Assembly (NCBI GenBank): GCA_030390025.1
Contig: CM059432.1
Span: 72,852,001 to 72,916,000, forward strand
Direction of reading: 5' to 3'
Origin: Squalus acanthias
Lineage: Eukaryota
DNA length: 64,000 nucleotides
Shown here: piece by piece, positions 50,645 to 61,727 of the stretch
Layout of the letters: every line of letters begins with the position of its first letter
Position numbering within the stretch: the first letter of the stretch is position 1
Notes under the pieces: model-generated
Database searches by the model: none
Seen by the model: the letters and a program-made list of their open reading frames with translations, nothing else
Told to the model about the DNA's origin: nothing
Program-made: the position numbers and the translations under genes

Positions 50645-51676
50645 CCTGTTTAGTGGCCGGGAAACCTGGAAGTATGGGTTTCCTGGAGGTCCTGCCAGAC
50701 TTAACGGCAAGGCCTGATTAACATTTTTGGACTCCGCTTCCCAGTCACAACCAGCCAGATTGAGAGACTGGCTGGCTGTCGGGCGGGTAGGCCTGCAGCA
50801 CTAGGCCGCAGCCAGGGAGTGGAGAGGAAAGAGGGAGGGATAGATTGTGGGTTTTTCCAGAAATTACGGAAAATTTTAAAACTGCAGATGTTAAAACGTT
50901 ATTTCTGTTGAGATCTTGAACAGGAGCCTGAGTGAAAGGATCCAGAAGATGATCCATTGTGTCTTTCTGCAGACCTGGATCTTGAGTCAGAACGTCTAGT
51001 TTTTTTGCAGCCACTATGGTGGACATCAGGGGAGGGCATCCGGGAGAGGTTGATCAAGGGGGATGGGGGAGAGGGGGTTTGCCAGAGAGATCGGTCGGGG
51101 GGGGGGAATATCGGAGAGGGCCCTGGAGAGATCGTCGGGGACTGGAGAGGTGGGTCGGGGGTCAGAGAGATGGGGAGCGGTGATCGCGGTGGTCCGATCG
51201 CAGAGTGGATGAGGGATCTGATTGTGGGCGGGTTGAGGGGTCTGATCGTAGGGGGATTCAGATCGCGGGGGGCGGTGGCAATTGCAGGGGGTGGGACCAC
51301 GGGGAGGTTAACAGGTTAGCTTGGTGGGCCGGGGGAAGCACTCCTGCTCCTCCTGGCCCACAAGCAGTGCTGGAAAGGCACTTACGTGTTGGATCCAGCC
51401 GTTCACGCCTCCCTTCAGCTGCCGGGTTTCCCAAGGCCTGGTAGGCCCAGTCAGCATGCGTTAAATGTGAAACAGAGGTAAAATTGGAGGCACGCAGCCG
51501 CATTCAAATATTTAAGTTAGTTTCCCGCCCCCACCCCAACCCGCTTCCGTTAAAACGGGAAGTGGTCACGTTGGAGGCAGGTTTGGGTCGAGTTTGCCAT
51601 TTTTGAAATTTTAACTCCTCACTCCCCCCCCCCTCACCTCTCCCCCACCCGTCCTGGGGGGGTTAAAATTATACCC
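50645..51676. mobile_element. Partial Harbinger-type non-autonomous element (left end missing) with G-rich internal repeats
   Basis: Right end ttaaaattataccc with cccgcc/acccg subterminal motifs like other MITEs. gatc.ggggg repeats at 51030-51300. Confidence 0.55.
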
Positions 51677-51945
51677 AAAGTGTCATAGATGGATTCCTAT
51701 AGGGTATAATACGTGAGAGTATCCTGGTGTAAGTGTGCAACTTGGACTTCGGACAATTAGAGATCAACCTCATGGCATCTAAGGTTCCATGCACAAGCTG
51801 ACCTGATGTAAGTTACTGTGGATGCGAGGGACTTGCAGGTTTACTATGATTGCTATATCAATATAAGATAAGGCACAAGCTAAATCATGTATTTCTTAAT
51901 ACAATAGTAAAGTTGCTGCAACTGGACTTGTGGACCTGTTAATTA

Positions 51946-52246
51946 GTGTCAGCCGTGGCTCTGTGGTAGCACTCTCGCCTCTGTGTAGAAAGGTTGTGGG
52001 TTCAAGTCCCAAACAGATACTTGAGCGCAAAATCTAGGCTGACCCTCCAGTGCAGTACTGAGGGTGTGCTGAACTGTCGGAAGTGCTGTCTTTCAGATGA
52101 GACATTAAACCAAGGCCCCATCTGCCCTCTCAGGTGGATGTAAAAATCCCATGGCACTATTTTAAAGAAGAGCAGAGTTTTCCCTGGTGTCCTGGCCAAT
52201 ATTTATCCTTCAACCAACATTACTAAAAAACAGATTATCTGGTTAT
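51946..52246 (+). mobile_element. Deu-domain SINE (SacSINE1-like), tail truncated
   Basis: gtgtcagccgtggctc..tggtagcactctcgcctct...gggttcaagtccc, then the Deu-like core. Confidence 0.85.
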
Positions 52247-52501
52247 TTAAGGCCCATCCCCAACTAATCTTGCAAGCTTTAATGATCCTCCCACAATACA
52301 AAATCTGTGCCAATTCTGTCTGACATTTACCAACTCAATTGTTTATAGGGGAGGAGTATGGTTTGCGAACAGGAGTCTGTCAGGATTCAAGTGCATACAG
52401 GGCGGCACGGTGTGCTATGATAGTCAGGCACCAAGGTTGAAAATGTTTTTAAAAAGTACAAAGTATCACTCTAGAATAGTGCAATGACAAAATTATATTA
52501 T

Positions 52502-53274
52502 GGGGGCGAAATTCTGTTACGCCCTCTTTGGGGCAGTAATCGAATTAGCGCCTCACATATAGCGCCCGGGATGGGAGTACCATACTGGTCGCTAAATTGA
52601 GCTTACCACACTGGTGAGGAAGCGGAGCACTATCTCGGGCGCTCCACTGCCTCCCGGGGTGGTGGGTGGGGCGCAAAGCGCGGTAGCGCCAGAGCGCCAC
52701 GCGGCCGCTCCGGGTAATGCTGATGCGTTTCACCACCCCTCCCCTTCCGTTAAAGGGGAGAGCCGCTGCGCACTCTGCAGGTCGTTTGATAGCCTCCACT
52801 AGCCCACCATGGTGGCGTGGTGCCGTGGCCACAGCCCGGCACCGAGACGTGGTACTGAACGGCGCAATGGCAGCCACGGACCACGCCAAGGGCCGCCAAG
52901 AGGGGCCAACCTGGAGGTCGGCCAAAATAAAAAATATCAGCATGGGGCGCAGCTGGACTGCCCCTTTAATTAGCGCCCCACCAGCGGTGTGCGGTCCGGC
53001 TCACGACCCGCGAGGCTGTCGCTGACACCGCCCGCGGCAGCCTCACAGGGCACAGCTGAATTTTGGCCATGGGGTGCTAAGGGGTCGCGCCGCTCGGCGA
53101 TGACGTCATCGCTGGCGGCTCAGCAGCCCAGGCGCTACTGGTGGTGACGTAGCACTATCGGCTGGCGCCTCAGTAGTGCCCCACCGAATTTCTCTGCAGG
53201 CGATGAGCCCTTTGCGCCCCATTAGCACCCCCAGAGGCGCTAACGGCGAGCGCAAAGGAGGCGAATTTTGCCCC
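52502..53274. mobile_element. Harbinger-type MITE, TSD TAT
   Basis: TIR GGGGC(G/A)AAATTC. TAT at 52499-52501 and 53275-53277. Subterminal tagcgcc repeats are shared with 28124 and 49537. Confidence 0.88.
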
Positions 53275-53675
53275 TATATCTTTAATTAGTCCATATGTTC
53301 AATATGAGGCCTAGCCCCAGCTCATTTCTCCAAAGCCCAAGTATCAACAATCTGCTTCTTGCCTTCCCAATGCAACTGACATCCCACAACCTGCCTCAAA
53401 CCAACCTGACATTGCTACTAGCCCACTGCACTGTTCTATGAATATTAAAGGCCTGACATGTAACCTTTAAGTGACCTGCCTCCAATCTACCCAACACAGT
53501 ATATCTCTTCCACGTTCCAAGATAAACTGCTCTCCCAAATCTGAGATCCCAGCAATACAAACCATTAAGATGCTGTAAATCCCTCCCATACAAATTCAGG
53601 CCCATTAATGCTATGTGCACCACTCTTATGAGCATTTTATGAAGCCAATCTTCTCACAGACTCTATATACATCTA

Positions 53676-53922
53676 CCTCATACAAATCCCATTAAAGGTA
53701 GTTCCAAAGAGCCATAGATCCCCTGTGTAGGTTCCATAAAGTATACTATGCAACACACACAATGCCACTCCTCTCACTGACTATAAAAATCCTCCCATGG
53801 CCACTGTATAATCTGTAAAATGCATGAATTTATGTTGGCACTATGAATGGACTTTATAAAATCTATTTGTAGAAGTCTTTACAGGTTTCTATAGAAGCAG
53901 CTGTTATGGGGTTTGTATAAGG
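53676..53922. repeat. Old imperfect inverted repeat (probable ancient MITE)
   Basis: cctcatacaaatcccat at the left end pairs with atggggtttgtataagg at the right, with weaker pairing continuing ~70 bp inward. Confidence 0.55.
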
Positions 53923-54637
53923 AATACCTTCATGTGTTTGCAGTGTAATATAATGATGTTTGTATGCGCAATGGCTTTATAGTGAGAATGTGTCTTTTTC
54001 TTTGTCTCCCATGACCCACTGTCTATAATGCGGAGATGCCAGTGTTGGACTGTCTATAAGGCATTGCGGCCTTTCTGAGGTATGGTTCCACAGGCATTTG
54101 TCACCCCCTGGTGCCTCACCCAAGTAGCCTTTATTCATGTGTTAGTCTTAACAGTGAAACAATGGCTGTAAGGAGTACAGGAGGCCTGTGAGCACCTGTT
54201 TACAGCTCAGACAATAGAAATTTTCCTGGCATTAGGGGGGCAAGGCAGAGGGACCCTCTTCAGTAGTGAGTAGCGCATGGACCCAAGAAGAGCAGCGAAA
54301 TTTGTAAAATTCACTATGGGGCCCTTTTCAGTTGGATTTTAATAACTAAATGAAGCTGTACAAGAATGTAGCTCATGATTTGTGCCCAAATTGCACACTG
54401 GAAAATGGGTACTCCAAAAATCAAGCACAGAATTTTACAAACCAGGCCCATTACATAAAATTTTATTACATTAAATTACTTTACAAAATTTAGGCTGTAG
54501 TATCCTTTACGCTCAGTGTGCTAGATTACAATGTAAGAGCCTGAAATTCTGTGTGAGCTCTCCTGGTCTTTTTTTAAAATTCATTCTGTAGGCGATGCGG
54601 GCAAGGCCAGCATTTATTGCCCATCCTTAGTTGTCCA

Positions 54638-55481
54638 TAAATAAAAACAGAAAATGCTGGAAATACTCAGCAGTTCAGGCAGCATCTGTGGAGAGAGAAG
54701 CAGAGTTAATGTTTCAGGTCGATGACCCTTCGTCAGAACTGGAAAAAGTTGGAGATAGAACAGGTTTTAAACAAGTTTAGGAGCAGGGAAAGAGGGGAGG
54801 GGAGGAAAGAACAAAAGGGAAAGTCTGTGATAGGATGGAAGGCAGGAGAGATTACGAGACGAAAGGGATGATGGTGAATGCAAAAGGAGATGGTAATGGG
54901 ACAAGTTAAGAAACAAAAGATGACTCTAGATTAAGTGTAAATGGCAGAATGATCGACAGCTGCCATGTGAGAGAGAGAGAAAAACAAGATAGGGGCCGAG
55001 GTTATGGTCTGAAATTGTTGAACTCAATGTTGAGTCCAGAAGGCTGTAAAGTGCCTGATCGAAAGATGAGGTGCTGTTCCTCTTGCTTATGTTGAGCTTC
55101 ATTGGAACAGTGTAAGAGGCCGAGGACGGTGAGGTCAGAGTGGGAGCGGAGTGGAGAATTAAAGTGACAGGCGACCGGAAGCTCGGGGTCACCCTTACGG
55201 ACTGAACGGAGGTGTTCCACAAAGTGGTCACCCAATCTGCGTTTGGTCTCCCCAATGTAGATGAGACTGCATCGTGAGCAGCGAATATAGTATACTAAAT
55301 TGCAAGAAGTACAAGTAAATTGCTGTTTCACCTGGAAGGAGTGTTTGGGGCCCTGGACAGTGAGAAGGGAGGAGGTAAAAGGGCAGGTGTTGCATCTCCT
55401 GTGCTTGCACGGGAAGGTGCCGGGCGAAGGGGAAGGGGTGTTGGGGGTGATAGAGGAGTGGACCAGGGTGTCGCGGAGGGA
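54638..55481 (-). mobile_element. Penelope-like element 3' part with GIY-YIG endonuclease and pseudo-LTR
   Basis: ORF 55002-55331: FTCTSCNLVYYIRCSRCSLIYIGETKRRLGDHFVEH...PVACHF...EQHLIF..GTLQPSGLN. Confidence 0.93.
54704..54740 (-). ncRNA. Minimal hammerhead ribozyme-like motif in PLE pseudo-LTR
   Basis: AGTT-CTGACGA-AGGGTC atc GACCT-GAAAC-ATT-AACT: intact CUGANGA and GAAA, stem I AGTT/AACT. Confidence 0.7.
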
Positions 55482-55755
55482 GTCCGTAGTTGTTTGGTAT
55501 AACTGAGTGGTTTGCTAGGCCACTTCAGAGGGCAGTTAAGAGTGAACCACATTGGTGTGGGACTGGAGCCACATAGAGGCCAATTTGGGTAGAGATGGCA
55601 GGTTTCCATCCCCAAAGCACATTACTGAACCAACTGGGATTTTACGACAATCCGGCAGCTTCATGGTCACTTTTACTGATACCAGCTTTTTATTTCCAGA
55701 TTTAAAAAAAACTGAATTGAAATTCTCAAACTGCTATAGTGGGATTAGAACACAT

Positions 55756-55932
55756 GGCCCAGAATTTACGGTCGGGATGACAGCGAACTGGCAGCGTTCG
55801 CCGTCATTTGAAACTGACCGCAACTTCAGGATTTGGCGCGTGCGCAGGCGGAAATCCTGAAGTTGTGTTCAGTCATTGACAGCTCCGAAACAGGCTGCGC
55901 TCTGCTTTGCCGCTGACCGCAAATTCCGCGCC
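55756..55932. mobile_element. 177-bp Harbinger-type MITE
   Basis: Imperfect 18-bp TIR ggcccagaatttacggtc / gaccgcaaattccgcgcc. Flanks cat/cac. Confidence 0.8.
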
Positions 55933-57054
55933 CACGTCTTTAGGATTATTAGTCCAGGCCTCTAGTGTAAGACCAGTGCTACCCCAGAGAAACAGTGTAA
56001 ACAGCCGTTTACTCTTATTTCTCTGGGGATTTCGTTGGTCTCCTGCCAAAGTTAATTTGTGAGACCAACTGAGGCCCCATGGAATTTCAGGGACTCAAGT
56101 TTGTGGTACAAGCAGGCCACCGTACTCAGATGGAGGGAATTGTAAAATCGTGGTCACCCGGCCCCTGCTGATGATTTTGCAATCCCCATCAGCTGAATGC
56201 AAGGCCCTGTTGCTGTGCAGTCTTGCAAAACTTACTCCTCTAAGAAAATTAAAAACTGTTTGAAGTGCAAGGTTTTATCGAAACCAAAGGGTTACTTTGC
56301 AGATTGTTGTTAATATTGGAATAGTTGCCAGTATACCGGAACAAATTGAAATTCTATCAGATTAAGGTGCGTATAGTTTTAATACAAATTTATCATTCTG
56401 TAGGGTCAGATTGCTCTAATATGTTTTCTGGTGGAGTTTTAGTGAACTGTGAAGGAAGAGTTTATATTGTATGTAAATTAAAATGTCTAATTCAGACTCA
56501 AAGTAATTCACTCTATGTCCTTTATTGAACTACAACACTATTTAAAATATTAAAATTCATAGCAAAGGAACCAAAAGACATTTTACATAAATTATGCAAA
56601 CTACTATATTCATATTAATGGCCATGTTAGAGAATTAAGAGCATAAAGTGGTAAGTGAAGATTTCTGTTTCAGTCCTGCATAAGCCGTCTCCCACCTATA
56701 GCAGCTGAAGAGCTGCAAATTCGCATCAAAATAATTGAAATTCCTGGCATTTTGAATGAGAAGTGCTAAAGAGGTAAAATGCCATAATCCATCTGGTGCA
56801 TTAAAACATCAAACTTGAGACATCTGTTCAAAAATAACTTCAGGCTGTGATTTGGAGCCAATGACCGGTCAGTGTCAAGTTTCATTTTAATAGTTTTTTA
56901 ATTGTATAGAAATTGAGAGCTCTATTAAAAAATTTTAGTTACTTGGGGATATTTCATCTGGCTGTGTACTGTTTGATGTATTTGTTTTCCTTTGTGCACT
57001 GTTTTAATTAGTTGTTAACTGTTTAAAATAAATGAATTAACAACTGTGTTAAAG

Positions 57055-57148
57055 GAAGGAATTCTATGCAAGCACATTAACCAGTACACAACCAGAAGAA
57101 ATTAAAATCCCTGAAGTAGAATTGCTCCAACCTGAAATTGAATTAAAG
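57055..57148 (+). CDS. Weak candidate exon (KEFYASTLTSTQPEEIKIPEVELLQPEIELK)
   Basis: Protein-like open frame in non-repeat DNA. Both acceptor (gttaaag) and donor (gtggaa) are weak. Confidence 0.25.
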
Positions 57149-57751
57149 GTGGAATACTATTAGGAGTTTCTTGCACAAAGCCAAAAATTTATGTCAGCAA
57201 AACAGCAACCAGCTCAGAGTGTTAAAAGCATGTGAAACATCGGAGTCAATGGTGCAGTCCTCACATTATTAGCACAAACCCAGTGCCATTGCCCCATAGG
57301 ACATCATCATCTTGTCCACACCTGCTCTCCTACTGATCCAGACAGAATGTACTTGTCATTGGAGAGATGAGGCAGGCTCGTGCTTACTGAAGGCATATTG
57401 GCAAAAGAAAACCCTATAGGGAGCTGAGGGCAAGCTGGAAGTGCAAATTGCCTCTTTTGATGAAACGCAGCACTATGAACATCCCTGAAAGTCTTTGGGC
57501 TGGATTTTGAATGACCCGTGGAGTCGGGTTTGGAGGCGTGTGGGGGGTTAAAGTAGCAGATTCGGGGGTCCCGACCCCATCCCGACTCCAACACGCCTCC
57601 ACGCAATTTTGACAAAATCGGTTGCGGGGTTCCCGACTCCGTCCCGCTCTGCAAGTTTGGAGCCTGACACCCATCTGCAGTGTGACCTCCTGGGAACCCC
57701 CTCTCGCCACCCTCATTGAGGGCTTCCTCAACTGAGACATATACCAGAGGC

Positions 57752-58972
57752 ATGGGAGCCATTTATTTCTTTCCCTCCTGGGCATCCGATGAGGACAAAC
57801 AACAGCCGCGGCACCAGCAGAACCATGAACAACAGCAGCACCAACAACAACAGGAGCGCCAAGCTGCGGCTCACCCACCTGAAGCTGCACAGGACAGAAG
57901 GGGCCAGCGCATGGAAGGCCGTCGGCGCAGGAGATACCCCCCAAACAGGGTCTACAGACAGAGGGTCAGCTACCTCAACATGTCTGAGCAGCAGTGCCAA
58001 AGGTGGCTCCGACTTTCACGAGAGGTAGTGGGTGACATCTGCGCAATGCTGCAACAAGACCTGGAGCCCAGAGGACCAGGTGGACTCCCCTTACCAGTGG
58101 CCGTCAAAGTCACCACCGCACTCAACTTTTTTGCCTCAGGCTCATTCCAGGGATCAGCAGCAGACATCAGCGGCATCTCCCAGGCGGCCGCACACACCTG
58201 TATCATGCAGGTAACCGATGCCCTCTTTGCCATCGCGCACAATCACATCCATTTCACCAAGGATCGAGCAAGTGTCACGGCGCGTGCGGTTGGATTAGCT
58301 AATCTGGCAGGCTTTCCAAGGGTGCAGAGCGTCGTTGACTGCACACATGTGGCCCTTAAGGTACCCCATCACAATCCAGGTATTTTTGTCAACCGCAAGG
58401 GCTTCCACTCCCTCAACGTTCAGCTGGTGTGTGACCACAACAAGGAAGTTCTGCATGTTTGTGCCAAGTACCCTGGCAGTTGCCATGACTCCTTCATACT
58501 GCGCCAGTCTAGTGTGCCTCCGCTATTCAGTCCGCCAGACCAACTTCACGGATGGCTACTTGGAGACAAGGGCTATCCCCTGAAGACGTGGCTAACGACG
58601 CCGTTGAAGTGCCCATCCAACGCAGCTGAGGAGAGCTACAACTCCAGCCACATTTCCACCAGAGCCATAATTGAGCAAACCATTGGTATGCTGAAGATGC
58701 GCTTCAGATGCCTGGATAGATCAGGTGGAGCCCTGCAATACTCAGCAGCCAGGGTCTCCAGAATCATCGTGGTTTGCTGTGCACTTCACAACATGGTACA
58801 GCGTCGTGGCTTACAGATGAGGGAGGACCAAGTGGCTCCTCACATAGCCTCCTCAGATGAGGAGGAGGAGGAGGAGGAGGAGGAGGAGGAGGAGGAGGAG
58901 GAGGAGGAGGAGGAGAGAACGAACAACTTGCAGAGGCCCCTCAACCAGCGGCAGCATTACGTGAGACCATAG
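57752..58972 (+). CDS. Harbinger (HARBI1-like) DDE transposase, catalytic domain open, frameshift only after the poly-Glu tract
   Basis: [51 protein letters not shown] and CCALHN. The ancestral C-terminus [16 protein letters not shown] is in another frame ending at 59019. Confidence 0.93.
   Translation: MGAIYFFPSWASDEDKQQPRHQQNHEQQQHQQQQERQAAAHPPEAAQDRRGQRMEGRRRRRYPPNRVYRQRVSYLNMSEQQCQRWLRLSREVVGDICAMLQQDLEPRGPGGLPLPVAVKVTTALNFFASGSFQGSAADISGISQAAAHTCIMQVTDALFAIAHNHIHFTKDRASVTARAVGLANLAGFPRVQSVVDCTHVALKVPHHNPGIFVNRKGFHSLNVQLVCDHNKEVLHVCAKYPGSCHDSFILRQSSVPPLFSPPDQLHGWLLGDKGYPLKTWLTTPLKCPSNAAEESYNSSHISTRAIIEQTIGMLKMRFRCLDRSGGALQYSAARVSRIIVVCCALHNMVQRRGLQMREDQVAPHIASSDEEEEEEEEEEEEEEEEEEERTNNLQRPLNQRQHYVRP
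58859..58914 (+). repeat. (GAG)n microsatellite encoding poly-Glu
   Basis: Directly visible pure GAG run of about 18 units. Confidence 0.97.
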
Positions 58973-59276
58973 CTGCCCGGAATGCAAGGAACGCACTCAT
59001 CTTGGCCAGATTTGCTTAGCCTAGACAAGAAAGCACTTTTGCCTCGCAGCTTCTTACCAGAGCTATGACAATGGCCCAGACCCAGCGGATCCCTAACAAT
59101 GTGACCACCATACTGACAATTGCAAGTTATCATAAGGCCTCATTGTGGAAGTCCCATTAGCAAAATGACAGATGCCACAACTGCAGCTGTAGCCATCAGA
59201 GTTTTTATTTAAACTTTACACCTGATGGCTTTTTCACAATACACATCAAAATTCACCCAAGTGACTACCCTTGTGA

Positions 59277-61200
59277 CTATTTGTGCAGTTTCTTTCTCTT
59301 ACGCGTGCTCCTACGTGGTGCTTCCCCTGTGGCTTCAGCAGAAGTGGAGGCCCCCTGCTCACTTTGTTGCTGCTTCTGTCTCGACTCCTTTGGCGGGCGT
59401 CCTCTGGATTTGCGAACCTGAGAGGGCTCGGCAACAGTCTGCTGCTCCTACGGCTGGGCAGGGGTTGAGACGCCGATCTCACTTGGGTGCGGACTCTGGT
59501 GGGGCTCTGACTGAGGACCTGTCAGTGGCATGGAAGTGTGAGTGCTTGGAGAGGAGCCCCCACCTCCTTGTTGTGTGCCACCAACATCCCTCTCATGGGT
59601 CAGGTCCACCTCAGCGCTTGCAAGTGGCTTGAGAGCACCTTGCTGCACATCAGGGGGGCCATGGGGACCCGTATCTGCACTGGAAGTCCTACTCAGAAGG
59701 ACTTCCATGAAGGTCTGGTTTCTCTGTTCAATAGATGACCATGGCTCCTCCAGAGATGTCATTCTATTCAGAACACTCACCATGTTTTCTGCACTCTGGC
59801 GACTTATCACCTCCATGGAGGTTGCCATCCTTTCCATGGTGATGCATTCATATGCCAATGACTCCACAAAGGCTCTGCTCATGTTCGCTATGGACTCCTC
59901 CATTCACTCCACACTCGCAGCGACCCTGGAGACAAAACCTGTCAGAGACTCCTGCATCTGTTCCTGGAGTCCCAGCACTGCTGATCTTATGGATGGACCC
60001 AGAGGCAGAGGGTCGGCATGCAGCTGAGCCGAGCTAGGAGGGTCCTGCGCCCTCCGACTAGGACTCTCCACTGCTGTCCCTGTCTCCACCATCTGCTGAT
60101 GCTCACTTGTGAGCTGCGATACACCAGGTGACAACACTACTCTATGTCCCGAGGGTCCCACCGAGGTGTGAGTCTCTGCGCTGGTGCTGGGTGCGCTGAG
60201 TTCTGCTGACGCTGCGCCCTCAGAGGTTGCAGCTTTCTCTGAGGAGTCTGTCTGCTCAGGCTCTTCCTCCTGGCTAGTGGAGACGGGTGCTTGCGATGGT
60301 CCTGTGGGGGAGTAAAGGAAAGAGTCAGAGATGTGATGCCAAGGTTACATGCACATTGCATATTGCAGATGATCATAAATCCATCTGTTAGAGCTTCAGA
60401 TTCATTATCAGCGACTCATGCAATGTCAATGAGAGAGATGAAACACTATTCAGTCACCAGCTTGCTCTGATGCACCCATCTGTCCGTCCCCCACTTGCGT
60501 TTCCTCCTCTACGCCCACGATCTCCAGGACCGCATCCTCCCAGGGGGTGAGCTGGGCTAATGAGGGTGGCCCTCCTCCTGTCCTGGCTCTTTCCCTTTTA
60601 TTGTGAGCTTTCTTTTCCTGCAATGAGGGAGACAAGTGGAGTTTGAGTGAGATTGAAGGAGTGAGTGTAGAGAATCCATAGCATAGATGCTTAGAAGGAG
60701 ACAAAGATGGATTGAGCTGGCGAGACTAAGGGCCCTCCCTGTGTGTTGTAAGTTGTTTTCAAAGCATGACAGTGATAGGGAGTGTGAGGGCTGCATAGTT
60801 GAATAGTAAGGTGAATGTGACCATAGAGGGAGAGGGAATGGGTAAGGGTGCATGGATGTCAGTGTCAAGTGGGATATGGAGGAAGAGGTTGCTAAAGCTG
60901 AGTGCTGGTGAGGAGAGGCAATGGGGATCAGATTGAGGGTGAAGGGAAAGTCATACTCACTTTAGCAGTACGTAGAAGGTCATGAAACCTCTTCCTGCAC
61001 TGGATCCAGGTTCTGCATGTCAATGATAAAGAGGTGACCTCCTGGGCGATCTGGACCCACACAGCCTTTGTCTGCTGGGGAGGCTTCTTCCTCCCTGAGG
61101 AGGGGAAGAGCACCTCCCTGTTGGCTCTTGCTCCATCCACCAAAGCCTGAAGGGCAACGTCATGGAACCTGGGAGCAGCCCTGGGCCGTTGGCTGGCCAT
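59277..61200 (-). pseudogene. Harbinger Myb/SANT-like partner gene: exons 61200-60961, 60617-60458, 60301-59277; two in-frame stops
   Basis: RAAPRF...W.QIAQEV.....RTWIQCRKRFHDL. GT-AG introns with phases 0 and 1 give one continuous frame. Stops at 59904-59906 and 59448-59450. Confidence 0.88.
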
Positions 61201-61727
61201 TCCTGCTGCAGGTTTTTAGATTAGAGGTCCAAAAGCTTAGCAGCCTGCAGAGGAAGCAAGGCTTGTTGCAGACCTTAAATGCAGCAGCAATGATGACGTC
61301 ATCGGAGGCGACTTTCAGACTGGAATAACTCATTGGCCATGGGTTCCCACATGTTGGAACTCAATTGGCCAATTAAGTTAAAATTGCATCATTCATCCAC
61401 ATTAATCTGGAGTCGGGGGGGCAACACGAAATGCGGGTAACACGACCCCAACCCGACCCCAAGACAAAATCCAGCCCTTTACCTCTGGAACATGACTGTT
61501 AGCCCAGTATTTCCATGGCCATTTTCCCCCTAGTGATTGTTGTCAAAATTTTCTAAGGACATATAATTTATTTGAATGGCTTTAGACTGTTTTTCATAAA
61601 TATTATTCCAGTTCACAATTTGGAAATCTGATATCAGTTTATTGTGATAACGGGACAGGTCTGCTGGAGAGAAATATCTGCATAAATGTCAACTCCTCAG
61701 CAGTGTCCTTCACAGCACAAGGTCCAT

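Larger units (their letters stand above)
54570..55985 (-). mobile_element. SINE-like derivative of LINE A (tRNA-like head + LINE A tail), interrupted by a PLE and a 177-bp MITE
   Basis: 55486-55985 matches the head at 23225-23546. 54570-54637 matches the LINE A tail. Confidence 0.75.
57497..61477. mobile_element. PIF/Harbinger transposon copy 2, full length (3981 bp), TSD TTT
   Basis: Perfect 13-bp TIR GGGCTGGATTTTG. TTT at 57494-57496 and 61478-61480. Confidence 0.97.

Noticed and set aside
57752..58972. Domesticated host gene HARBI1
   Set aside because: It lies within TIRs and a TSD beside a Myb partner and has related copies in the window, so it is a transposon gene.
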